A stretch of DNA of 63,085 nucleotides, counting the filler, from Aduncisulcus paluster (taxonomy: Eukaryota), in the NCBI GenBank assembly GCA_024181965.1. It is 36 parts of 36 records of this genome, joined end to end, with 100 filler letters (N's around TTAATTAATTAA, not from the genome) between each part and the next. Parts side by side here need not be neighbours in the genome. Positions count along the whole stretch, not along the records: positions 1 to 1,301 come from BQXS01002502.1; positions 1,402 to 2,704 come from BQXS01002524.1; positions 2,805 to 4,667 come from BQXS01002538.1; positions 4,768 to 5,983 come from BQXS01002554.1; positions 6,084 to 7,361 come from BQXS01002570.1; positions 7,462 to 9,192 come from BQXS01002574.1; 30 more parts are not named here. The stretch is one strand, 5' to 3'. Shown here piece after piece: positions 1 through 9,292 of this stretch. The notes below the pieces were generated by a model. That model was not told the origin of the DNA. It made no database searches and saw nothing but the letters and a program-made list of their open reading frames with translations. The position numbers and the translations under genes were made by a program. How positions within the stretch are numbered: position 1 is the stretch's first letter; the number at the start of each line of letters is the position of its first letter.

Positions 1-88
1 ACTTTATTTAGTATTTGCACAAAGAGTAAAAAGTTTAAGTGAAGCTTGGGAAAGATTAAATTCTTAAAAATTAAATAAGTATAAAAGT

Positions 89-119
89 TAAAACTAAAGA
101 GAACTTCTCTTTAGTTTTA
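89..119. terminator. Bidirectional rho-independent terminator
   Basis: Perfect hairpin TAAAACTAAAGAGAA-C-TTCTCTTTAGTTTTA between a + strand ORF end and the actP stop. Confidence 0.7.
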
Positions 120-124
120 GCGTA

Positions 125-1301
125 TTAGTGAGCAACTGCTCCGTCTGCACCAATACCTGTATTTGCTCGAACATTTTGAGCTCTAAATTTTTCTCTTTCA
201 TCTTTAGCTCTTTGAGAGTTATCAGTTTTTGAGAAAAACCAAATTGCAACAAAAGCAGTTGTTACTGAGAATAATGCTGGATATTTATATGGGAAAATTG
301 CTTCAGCATTTCCTAAAATTTGTACCCAAACAATTGGTCCAATGATTACAAGAGTAACAGCAGTAATTAGTCCAATAAATCCACCAATAAATGCACCTCT
401 TGTTGTTAAACCTCTCCAGTAAATAGATAAGAATAAAATAGGGAAGTTAGCAGACGCTGCAATAGCAAAAGCCAAACCAACCATATAAGCAATATTTTGT
501 TGCTCAAAAGCAATACCAAAAATAACACCTATNNNNNNNNNNNNNNNNNNNNNNNNNNNNNNNNNNNNNNNNNNNNNNNNNNNNNNNNNNNNNNNNNNNN
601 NNNNNNNNNNNNNNNNNNNNNNNNNNNNNNNNNNNNNNNNNNNNNNNNNNNNNNNNNNNNNNNNNNNNNNNNNNNNNNNNNNNNNNNNNNNNNNNNNNNN
701 NNNNNNNNNNNNNNNNNNNNNNNNNNNNNNNNNNNNNNNNNNNNNNNNNNNNNNNNNNNNNNNNNNNNNTAGCATTCGGGTTGATAACATTTGCATAAAT
801 ATCATGAGATATCGCAGAAGCACCAGCAAGTGTAAGTCCAGAAACAACAGCTAAAATAGTAGCAAAAGCAACCGCTGAAATAAATCCTAAGAATGCATTC
901 CCACCTAACATATGTGATAAGTGAATTGAAGCCATATTATTTCCACCAAATAACTTACCATCTACAAAGTACTGTGCACCATCTGCAGAGTTTAAGAATG
1001 CAATAGCACCAAAACCAACAATAGTAATAATAACCCAGAAGTAACCAACGAAACCAGTAGCATACACAACAGATTTTCTAGCTTCTTTAGCATTACCAAC
1101 TGTAAAGAATCTCATAAGAACATGTGGTAAACCAGCAGTTCCTAACATAAGAGCCATACCTAATGAAATAGCAGATACAGGATCAGATATAAATCCACCT
1201 GGTGCTAAAATAGATTCTGAGTCTTTATGGTTTTCAACAGCTTGAACAGCTAAAGATTCAAATGAGAAGTCAAAATGGTATAAAACCATTACAGCCATAA
1301 A
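125..1301 (-). CDS. actP: Cation/acetate symporter (SSS family), 3' part, internal N gap
   Basis: [41 protein letters not shown] motifs; two ORF pieces either side of the gap. Confidence 0.92.
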
Positions 1302-1401
1302 NNNNNNNNNNNNNNNNNNNNNNNNNNNNNNNNNNNNNNNNNNNNTTAATTAATTAANNNNNNNNNNNNNNNNNNNNNNNNNNNNNNNNNNNNNNNNNNN
1401 N
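1302..1401. other. Artificial contig linker (44 N + TTAATTAATTAA + 44 N), recurring about 35 times
   Basis: Same 12-mer (stops in all six frames) flanked by Ns; GC content and gene content change abruptly at each copy. Confidence 0.98.
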
Positions 1402-2624
1402 GTACCTTAGGTTGGTTCGCAATGATACCAACAGACTTGCCGCCAATACGAGCAAAACCAGTTAGAATGTTTTGTGCAAAGTATGGCTGGTATTCGAAGA
1501 AATCAGCATCATCAACTATAGCACGGATAACATCCTTCATGTCGTAAGGCTTGTTAGAGTTGTCTGGAATAATTGAGTTTAGTTCTTCTACAATTTTGTT
1601 TACATCATCAGCAGTGTCATAAACAGGAGCTGTTTCCATATTGTTTGATGGAAGGAAGCTTAGAAGACGTCTGATTTCAGCGATACACTCTTCATCATTT
1701 GAAGCGATGTATTGAGCAACACCTGAAGTCTGGTTGTGCGTCATTGCGCCACCAAGTGCTTCAGCAGTAANNNNNNNNNNNNNNNNNNNNNNNNNNNNNN
1801 NNNNNNNNNNNNNNNNNNNNNNNNNNNNNNNNNNNNNNNNNNNNNNNNNNNNNNNNNNNNNNNNNNNNNNNNNNNNNNNNNNNNNNNNNNNNNNNNNNNN
1901 NNNNNNNNNNNNNNNNNNNNNNNNNNNNNNNNNNNNNNNNNNNNNNNNNNNNNNNNNNNNNNNNNNNNNNNNNNNNNNNNNNNNNNNNNNNNNNNNNNNN
2001 NNNNNNNTCTTCGCCAGTAACCGTCTTGATTACCTGTGGACCAGTGATGAACATTTGAGATGTCTTGTCAACCATGAAGATGAAGTCAGTTAGTGCTGGA
2101 GAGTATACCGCACCACCTGCACATGGACCCATGATTGCAGTGATTTGTGGAATAACACCAGAAGCCAGTGTATTCTTGTAGAAAATTTTACCGTAGCCAG
2201 AAAGTGCATCTACAGCTTCCTGAATACGAGCGCCACCCGAGTCGTTAAGACCAACAACAGGTGCACCAACTTTAAGTGCGTTGTCCATTACTTTACAGAT
2301 CTTTGCAGCATGCATTTCGCCAAGCGAACCGCCAACTACTGTAAAGTCTTGTGCGTAAGCGTAAACAAGGCGGCCTTCTACTTGACCGTAACCTGTTACA
2401 ACGCCTTCAGCAGGAGCTTCAAGCTTTTCCATGCCGAAGTTTGTGCATCTGTGCTTAACAAATGCGTCTAGTTCAACGAATGTTCCTTCGTCAAACAGTA
2501 GAGCGATTCTTTCGCGTGCAGTCAGCTTTCCATTTTTGTGCTGCTTTTCGATACGCTTTTCACCACCGCCAGCTTCGATAACGGCACGGCGTTTACGTAA
2601 ATCCTCTAGCTTATTGATAGACAT
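1402..2624 (-). CDS. mmdA: Acyl-CoA carboxylase carboxyltransferase / methylmalonyl-CoA decarboxylase alpha subunit, 5' part (Firmicutes-like)
   Basis: [54 protein letters not shown] before ATG 2624. Confidence 0.8.
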
Positions 2625-3021
2625 GTATGTACCTCCCAAGGATTTCTCTTTGTTCTTCGCATATGGAAGATGGTAACGATTATTCTCTTTCGCTTAGTTC
2701 AACANNNNNNNNNNNNNNNNNNNNNNNNNNNNNNNNNNNNNNNNNNNNTTAATTAATTAANNNNNNNNNNNNNNNNNNNNNNNNNNNNNNNNNNNNNNNN
2801 NNNNATCCCTAGCGATATTTTAAAACTGCAAAAGAAATTATGTGAATATGAAATAGATTCAAGAAATTACAATAAATATAAAAAAATTCTTTCTAAGCAT
2901 ATTAAAAAACATGCGATGAAAAGAAGAGTTAATAGTAATATAAAAACAATAAAAGTCATTCAAGACTTGGAGTCTAATTAATCTAAATTTAAGAAAAGTT
3001 ATATAATAATTATGGTTAATG

Positions 3022-3133
3022 TAGGTATAAATTTATACCGAAGGGTGAAAGTCCCTATGCTCAAAAGAAGAGATTCAGATGAGAATGTTTATTCGTCGTA
3101 ACAAAAGTTACAAAGTATCATAAATATTTAAAA
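3022..3133 (+). promoter_or_regulatory. Flagellin leader, copy 1 (112 nt, identical to 3446-3557)
   Basis: Exact direct repeat; contains palindrome GGTATAAATTTATACC and several hairpins. Confidence 0.75.
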
Positions 3134-3153
3134 NNNNNNNNNNNNNNNNNNNN

Positions 3154-3389
3154 AATTAAACGGGTGGAGAGCAGACTTCGGTTCGACTCAAAATCAATTA
3201 GAATCAAGTATTAGAAACTTAATGACTCAAGTTACTAACACTAAAGCAGCTGAGTCTGTGATTAGAGATGTAGATTATGCACAAGAATCTGCAAACTTTA
3301 ATAAACAAAATATTATTAGTCAAGCTGGTACTTATGCTATAAGTCAAGCAAATAGTACAAGTCAAAATGTAATGAGACTTTTACAATAG
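3154..3389 (+). CDS. Flagellin, first tandem copy (3' end only; remainder collapsed in N gap)
   Basis: [22 protein letters not shown]...QNVMRLLQ*, near-identical to the 3' end of 3567-4445 with synonymous differences. Confidence 0.88.
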
Positions 3390-3401
3390 GTAAACAATAG
3401 A

Positions 3402-3430
3402 TAGAAACCTAGCTGTATGCTAGGTTTCTA
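3402..3430 (+). terminator. Hairpin after first flagellin
   Basis: TAGAAACCTAGC-N5-GCTAGGTTTCTA, 12-bp perfect stem. Confidence 0.65.
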
Positions 3431-3445
3431 ATATAACTAATTATA

Positions 3446-3566
3446 TAGGTATAAATTTATACCGAAGGGTGAAAGTCCCTATGCTCAAAAGAAGAGATTC
3501 AGATGAGAATGTTTATTCGTCGTAACAAAAGTTACAAAGTATCATAAATATTTAAAAGGATAAATT
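3446..3566 (+). promoter_or_regulatory. Flagellin leader, copy 2, with AAGGA RBS
   Basis: Identical to 3022-3133 and runs directly into ATG 3567. Confidence 0.75.
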
Positions 3567-4445
3567 ATGAGAATCAATACAAATGTAAGCTCACTAGTAG
3601 CACAAGAAGCAAATAAAAATACAAGTAACAATATTTCAAGTTCATTAGAGAAATTATCAACAGGTTATAAAATCAATAAAGCAAGTGATGATGCATCAGG
3701 TTTAGCAATAGCAGATAAACTAAGAACACAAGCAAGTGGATTGAATCAAGCAGTAGCAAATGGTAATTCAGCTGTAACGCTAACACAAATTGCAGATAAA
3801 GCTATGGCTGAACAATCTAATATTTTAGATGTTATTAAACAAAAATTAATTCAAGCTGGTACAGCAACAACATCTTCTGAAGGTATTGAAGCTATTGGGA
3901 AAGATGTAAGAAAATTACTTGATCAAGTTGATAATATAGCAAAACAAACATCATATAATGGTACTACACTTTTACAACAAAGTGCGGGTGGAACAGCAGC
4001 AACGACTGCATTAACATTTCAAATGGGTACAACTGCAGCAGATGTAATTAAAACAGATGGTACAGTTGATGCTAATACAACAGGAATGGCAGGATTAGCA
4101 GCAGTTAAAACAGCAGCAACATCAGCAGCATGGTCAGCTACAGCATCAGCCGCAGATAATCAATCGGCTGCGCGAGGATTACTTACACAAATAGACAGTG
4201 CTTTAACAGAACTAAATGGATGGAGAGCAGACTTCGGTTCGACTCAAAATCAATTAGAATCAAGTATTAGAAACTTAATGACTCAAGTAACAAATACAAA
4301 AGCAGCTGAGTCTGTGATTAGAGATGTAGATTATGCACAAGAATCAGCAAACTTTAATAAACAAAATATTATTTCTCAAGCTGGTACTTATGCTATAAGT
4401 CAAGCTAACTCTACAAGTCAAAATGTAATGAGACTTTTACAATAA
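3567..4445 (+). CDS. Flagellin (short, Arcobacter-type), complete
   Basis: MRINTNV...LSTGYKINKASDDASGLAIA N-terminus; [13 protein letters not shown]...VMRLLQ C-terminus. Confidence 0.97.
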   Translation: MRINTNVSSLVAQEANKNTSNNISSSLEKLSTGYKINKASDDASGLAIADKLRTQASGLNQAVANGNSAVTLTQIADKAMAEQSNILDVIKQKLIQAGTATTSSEGIEAIGKDVRKLLDQVDNIAKQTSYNGTTLLQQSAGGTAATTALTFQMGTTAADVIKTDGTVDANTTGMAGLAAVKTAATSAAWSATASAADNQSAARGLLTQIDSALTELNGWRADFGSTQNQLESSIRNLMTQVTNTKAAESVIRDVDYAQESANFNKQNIISQAGTYAISQANSTSQNVMRLLQ

Positions 4446-4464
4446 TAATTATTTTTATAATTTT

Positions 4465-4494
4465 AAAGTCCAAGTTTCTAACTTGGACTTTTTT
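4465..4494 (+). terminator. Rho-independent terminator
   Basis: AAAGTCCAAGTT-TCT-AACTTGGACTTT followed by T run. Confidence 0.8.
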
Positions 4495-4495
4495 A

Positions 4496-4524
4496 TTGAC
4501 TTTGTATTCTTATTCTAATACAAT
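4496..4524 (+). promoter_or_regulatory. Putative sigma70 promoter
   Basis: TTGACT-N17-TACAAT upstream of ATG 4552. Confidence 0.55.
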
Positions 4525-4551
4525 GATACCAACTAAACTACAGGAAACACC

Positions 4552-4667
4552 ATGAACATAGACAAAGAACAAATTGAACAAGCTTTATTAGTAGTATATC
4601 AAAAGAATTTAGTTTTTTTGAAAGAAAATTTTTCTGATATATTTCTAGAAGTAGATCGACTTTCTCA
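4552..4667 (+). CDS. N-terminus of probable motility-associated factor (Maf) glycosyltransferase
   Basis: MNIDKEQIEQALLVVYQKNLVFLKENF; the YQKNL.FL pattern and position beside flagellin fit Maf; only 38 codons visible. Confidence 0.45.
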
Positions 4668-4767
4668 NNNNNNNNNNNNNNNNNNNNNNNNNNNNNNNNN
4701 NNNNNNNNNNNTTAATTAATTAANNNNNNNNNNNNNNNNNNNNNNNNNNNNNNNNNNNNNNNNNNNN

Positions 4768-5869
4768 CCCCAACTTTCGTTCTTGATTAATGAAAGCGTC
4801 CTTGCCAAATGCTTTCGCAGTAGTTGGTCTGCCTGCGGTCTAAAAATTTCACCTCTCACGCAAGCATACCAATGGCCCCGACCGCTCCTATTAATCATTA
4901 CTCTGCCGTGAAACCAACGAGCCGTGACAAGAGTCATGGTCGATATTCCATGCTTCAGTGGTCAATCGCGAATAATCGCTTGCCTTGAACACTCCAATTT
5001 CCTCAAGGTATCTGGCACTCTCTAACAACCGAAGTTAAAAGAGAGCACAGTGTAGGGCACACGAGGCCTGAACTAAGACAACTCACGAGCCAAATCACCG
5101 CCGAAGCGACAATCCAACAAGCTAATAACGTCATCACACTAGAAAGCTTCCAGTGGCTCAGCGCCTGGCACCCTGAAGTCCAACTACGAGCGTTTTAACT
5201 GCAGCAACTTTAATATATGCTACTGGAGCTGGTATTACCGCGGCTGCTGGCACCAGATCTTGCCCTCCAGTAGTTTCTCAAGGGGTATGATTTAACCCCT
5301 TCCATTTCGAAGCTGGAAGATAAAATCTCCCGAGCCTGATATTCTTCGTCACTACCTCCGACAATTGTCGATTGGGTAATTTTCGCGCCTGCTGCCTTCC
5401 TTGGAAGTGTCAGCCGTCTTTAAGGCGGACTCTCCGGAGTCGAACCCTAATCCTCCGTACCCATCAAAACCATTGTTGGCCACTACACAACAATCGAAAG
5501 TTAATAGGTAAGAAAGTGGAAGGGCGCACCGTCTCGAAAGAAACGGTCAGTTGAGTTATCCTTGTTCACATCACACGCCTCCCAGCCGAAACTGAAAGAC
5601 AAGGTTGGTTCCGAGAGCGGATAAATACAGTGGGTCCGAAGACCACATGCACGTATTAGCTCCAGATTTTCCAGAGTTATCCGAAATACCCTGTTGATAC
5701 AAGCGTTCGTGGCAAGCCACTATACACCTGTGGATAAGCACCCTGTACACTCTAACTTTTATAATGAGCTTATCGCAGTTTCGTGTTCACCGAGGTGATC
5801 ACTTGAACTAGACTTGCATGGCTTAATCTTTGAAAGAAGCATATCACTACTGGCAGGATCAACCAGGTA
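4768..5869 (-). rRNA. Eukaryotic 18S (SSU) rRNA, 5' about 1.1 kb
   Basis: Minus strand starts TACCTGGTTGATCCTGCCAG; contains GTGCCAGCAGCCGCGGTAA and ATTAATCAAGAACGAAAGTT; variable regions highly divergent. Confidence 0.97.
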
Positions 5870-6083
5870 ACCAAATAATAAAAAAGCATACGCACTACCT
5901 TTTGAGTAACGGGTATACAAGTTCTACTATCCAGCTTTCCCAGAACACACCAAAAGGCATGCACAGGAAATAGAATTTAATTTNNNNNNNNNNNNNNNNN
6001 NNNNNNNNNNNNNNNNNNNNNNNNNNNTTAATTAATTAANNNNNNNNNNNNNNNNNNNNNNNNNNNNNNNNNNNNNNNNNNNN

Positions 6084-6364
6084 GAAATATTATTGATGCT
6101 TTATTACCCGCAGGAAGTATTACAGGTACTCCAAAAAAGAAAACCGTAGAGATACTTGAAAATATAGAAAACTACGATAGAGGATACTTTACAGGTGTTT
6201 TTGGAGTATATGATGGAAAGACATTGGATAGTTCAGTTATCATAAGATACATTGAAAAAAATAAGAACAATGAATATCTATACAAAAGTGGTGGAGGTAT
6301 CACAAGTGATAGTTGTGTAGAGAAAGAGTATAAAGAGATGTGTGATAAAGTTTACATACCATAA
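6084..6364 (+). CDS. pabB: Aminodeoxychorismate synthase component I, 3' end
   Basis: LLPAGSITGTPKKKT...RGYFTGVFG...YKSGGGIT. Confidence 0.88.
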
Positions 6365-6374
6365 AAGGAGATTT

Positions 6375-7124
6375 ATGAACTATTTTGAAACTATAAAATG
6401 TGAAGATAATGAGATATTAAATTTACCATACCATGAAAAAAGAATAGCCAAAACAATTGGAAAAAACTTTAATCTCAGAGAATATATCTATCCAATAAGT
6501 GATGAATTATTACGATGTAAAGTTATCTATAATGAAGATGAAATTATTGATATAACATATACCCCCTACTCTAAAAAATCGATTAAAACTTTTCAAATAN
6601 NNNNNNNNNNNNNNNNNNNNNNNNNNNNNNNNNNNNNNNNNNNNNNNNNNNNNNNNNNNNNNNNNNNNNNNNNNNNNNNNNNNNNNNNNNNNNNNNNNNN
6701 NNNNNNNNNNNNNNNNNNNNNNNNNNNNNNNNNNNNNNNNNNNNNNNNNNNNNNNNNNNNNNNNNNNNNNNNNNNNNNNNNNNNNNNNNNNNNNNNNNNN
6801 NNNNNNNNNNNNNNNNNNNNNNNNNNNNNNNNNNNNATTGATAAATTGGTAGAAAAAAGACAAAATTCGGATGAAATTATTATTGTAAAAAATGGTCTTG
6901 TAACTGATACTAGTATTGCAAATATAGCCGTGTATTTAGATGACCAATGGTATACACCAAAAAAACCTTTACTTCTTGGTACTACACGATTGCGTTATTT
7001 GGATAGAAATATTATCAAAGAATTAGATATAACAATAAAAGAGTTACTAAAAGCAAAAAAAATTGCACTTTTAAATGCAATGGTTGATTTTGATATTATT
7101 GAAGATTTTAAACTTTTAGTTTAA
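6375..7124 (+). CDS. pabC: Aminotransferase class IV / 4-amino-4-deoxychorismate lyase (gap inside)
   Basis: YFETIK, TDTSIANIA, PLLLGTTR; directly downstream of pabB with AGGAG RBS. Confidence 0.75.
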   Translation: MNYFETIKCEDNEILNLPYHEKRIAKTIGKNFNLREYIYPISDELLRCKVIYNEDEIIDITYTPYSKKSIKTFQIXXXXXXXXXXXXXXXXXXXXXXXXXXXXXXXXXXXXXXXXXXXXXXXXXXXXXXXXXXXXXXXXXXXXXXXXXXXXXXXIDKLVEKRQNSDEIIIVKNGLVTDTSIANIAVYLDDQWYTPKKPLLLGTTRLRYLDRNIIKELDITIKELLKAKKIALLNAMVDFDIIEDFKLLV

Positions 7125-7461
7125 ATCATCAATAACTGGTATCAATATTTGATTAAATTTATTACTATCAAATGAAAGTAAATCGCTATCTGTAGTTAAA
7201 AATTTTATATATCTTTTCTTTAACATAGTCTCTTTAATAGGGAGAATTTGTAAAATATTTTGTTCTTCATCTAATCTTTTTATTGGGTTTGCTCTTTCAC
7301 TTACAACTACAATTTTTTGATTAAATATTTTTCCTAAATTATTTAAATGAGATATTAAATCNNNNNNNNNNNNNNNNNNNNNNNNNNNNNNNNNNNNNNN
7401 NNNNNTTAATTAATTAANNNNNNNNNNNNNNNNNNNNNNNNNNNNNNNNNNNNNNNNNNNN

Positions 7462-8798
7462 AGGCTTGGCTGGCTCGGACTTGGTAGATTCAGGCTTGGC
7501 AGACTCAGACTTGGCAGACTCAGATTTGGCAGGCTCCGCTTTGGATTGATCGGGACGGATCTCGATCCTGGCCTGCTGCGCGAAGCTCTCCGATGTCACC
7601 GGCGCGATGGCCGCGGCGCCCTTCAGTTTGCCGCGCGTGGGCAACAACGAACTCTGCGAGGGCTTCGCCGCCGGCTGCTGCTCGTTCTGCTGGAACGCGA
7701 CATCGACGATGTAGCTCTTCTCGTCGCGGAACGAATGCACGTCGACATCGCCAATCAGGGTCACGTCGACCGCCGAAGTGTCCGTATCGGCCCGCGAACT
7801 GATCGAGGCGACGTTCGGCGGGGCGGCGACCTTGGCATCGGCAAGGTCGAACGCCAGGACCGAGTTGAAGGACAGCGTCAGTTTCTGCTCGTTCAGCACC
7901 GAGGAGACGCTGACCCCGTCGGGAACCTCGAACACGAAGCGCACGAAGGTGGGCTGCACCAGCGCGCGAACCCGGATTGGCGGCTTCTTCCTGGCNNNNN
8001 NNNNNNNNNNNNNNNNNNNNNNNNNNNNNNNNNNNNNNNNNNNNNNNNNNNNNNNNNNNNNNNNNNNNNNNNNNNNNNNNNNNNNNNNNNNNNNNNNNNN
8101 NNNNNNNNNNNNNNNNNNNNNNNNNNNNNNNNNNNNNNNNNNNNNNNNNNNGCGGCATCGGCGGCGCGCTGGATGCGCAGCAGACGCTCGGCGGCACGGG
8201 CGCGCTCCGCCAGTTCGCGGATCACGTCCTGCGGCAGCGATGGCGGCGGGCCGGTCCAGCCGTCGGGCAGGAAGTCGACGAAGATGCGCTCGCCGGCGGT
8301 CATGGTGTTGACGGTGACGCGGCGCGCCAGCGACAGCCGGATCGCCGAGCCGTCCGGATCGCGGCGCGCGGCGCCGACATAGTCGGGCACAGCATCCGAC
8401 AGTTTCTCGACGGGGATATCGACCGGACGCTTGAAGCGGATCACGATGATCGAGCCGGCGGTCGTGACCTCCGACTCGACATCTTCCTTCAGCTTCAGCA
8501 CCAGCCGGGCATAGCCGNNNNNNNNNNNNNNNNNNNNNNNNNNNNNNNNNNNNNNNNNNNNNNNNNNNNNNNNNNNNNNNNNNNNNNNNNNNNNNNNNNN
8601 NNNNNNNNNNNNNNNNNNNCGGGCATAGCCGTTCGCGGCCGAGAACGTCGCCTCACCCGGCACCGGCGGCGGGTCTTCGGCACGCAGCGCGGTCGGACAT
8701 ACAAAGAGAGCAAGGCCGGCGGCGAGCAGGCACAGACGCGCGGTCCGCGCCCAGGCGCGGCCTTGCGACCATGTTCCAGCGGCAGCCGTTCGCGCCAT
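7462..8798 (-). CDS. Secreted protein of alphaproteobacterial flagellar locus (probable TPR protein), 5' part; Bradyrhizobium-like
   Basis: Signal peptide, GYARLVL, RRDPDGSAIRLSLAR, AKSES pentapeptide repeats; high GC; preceded by CtrA box. Confidence 0.6.
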
Positions 8799-8877
8799 CT
8801 CGAAACGTCTTCTCGGACCTCAGCAAGCCAGCGCGAAGCGCCCTCGCCCACGCGTCCCGATCTTGGATCGGGCGGCG

Positions 8878-8893
8878 TTAAGGAGCTGTTAAC
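8878..8893. promoter_or_regulatory. CtrA binding site
   Basis: TTAA-GGAGCTG-TTAAC matches TTAA-N7-TTAAC on both strands, 80 nt upstream of ATG 8798. Confidence 0.75.
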
Positions 8894-8938
8894 GACAACG
8901 GATTGCGAGCACGGAGGTTACGTAATGTTCTGTTGGTC

Positions 8939-9046
8939 CGTCATTCCGGGTCGCGCCTCCTGGCGCCAGCCCGGAGTCCATTGGCCCGCAGGCTCTCCGG
9001 ATGGATGGATTCCGGGGTTCTCGCTCCGCGAGCTCCCGGAATGACG
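8939..9046. repeat. Rhizobial intergenic palindromic element (RIME/REP-like)
   Basis: Terminal inverted repeat CGTCATTCCGGG...CCCGGAATGACG with inner palindromes. Confidence 0.75.
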
Positions 9047-9068
9047 ATCGTGAAGGGCCAACGCTCCG

Positions 9069-9192
9069 TCAATTCGTCTTCGGCGCGAGCATCTTGCCTT
9101 CGATCTTGGGAAGATCGTCGGTTGAAGCCGACTTGTCGCCGCCGGCGCGGCGGGCGAGTTCGACCGTGAGCCGCTCGGCGGCTTCGGGCTGC
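9069..9192 (-). CDS. MotE-like flagellar protein, C-terminus
   Basis: QPEAAERLTVELARRA...DLPKIEGK. Confidence 0.55.
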
Positions 9193-9292
9193 NNNNNNNN
9201 NNNNNNNNNNNNNNNNNNNNNNNNNNNNNNNNNNNNTTAATTAATTAANNNNNNNNNNNNNNNNNNNNNNNNNNNNNNNNNNNNNNNNNNNN

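Noticed and set aside
1346-1357. Recurring TTAATTAATTAA as a biological repeat or CRISPR-like array
   Set aside because: Always centred in 88 Ns and coincides with organism switches; it is a synthetic six-frame-stop linker. ORFs ending in LIN or N are artefacts of it.
3042-3056. AGGGTGAAAGTCCCT as a group II intron domain I, RNase P or c-di-GMP-I riboswitch
   Set aside because: No GTGCG 5' end, domain V or RT gene, and no GGCAAAC...GACGCAAAGC pattern; kept only as an unclassified leader hairpin.
4716-5964. Short ORFs inside the 18S region
   Set aside because: They lie within rRNA or ETS sequence.
8506-8631. Direct repeats flanking internal N gaps (CGGGCATAGCCG here; ACGCATGAAGCC at about 39025 and 39072)
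   Set aside because: They are overlapping contig ends around a false scaffold gap, not target-site duplications.
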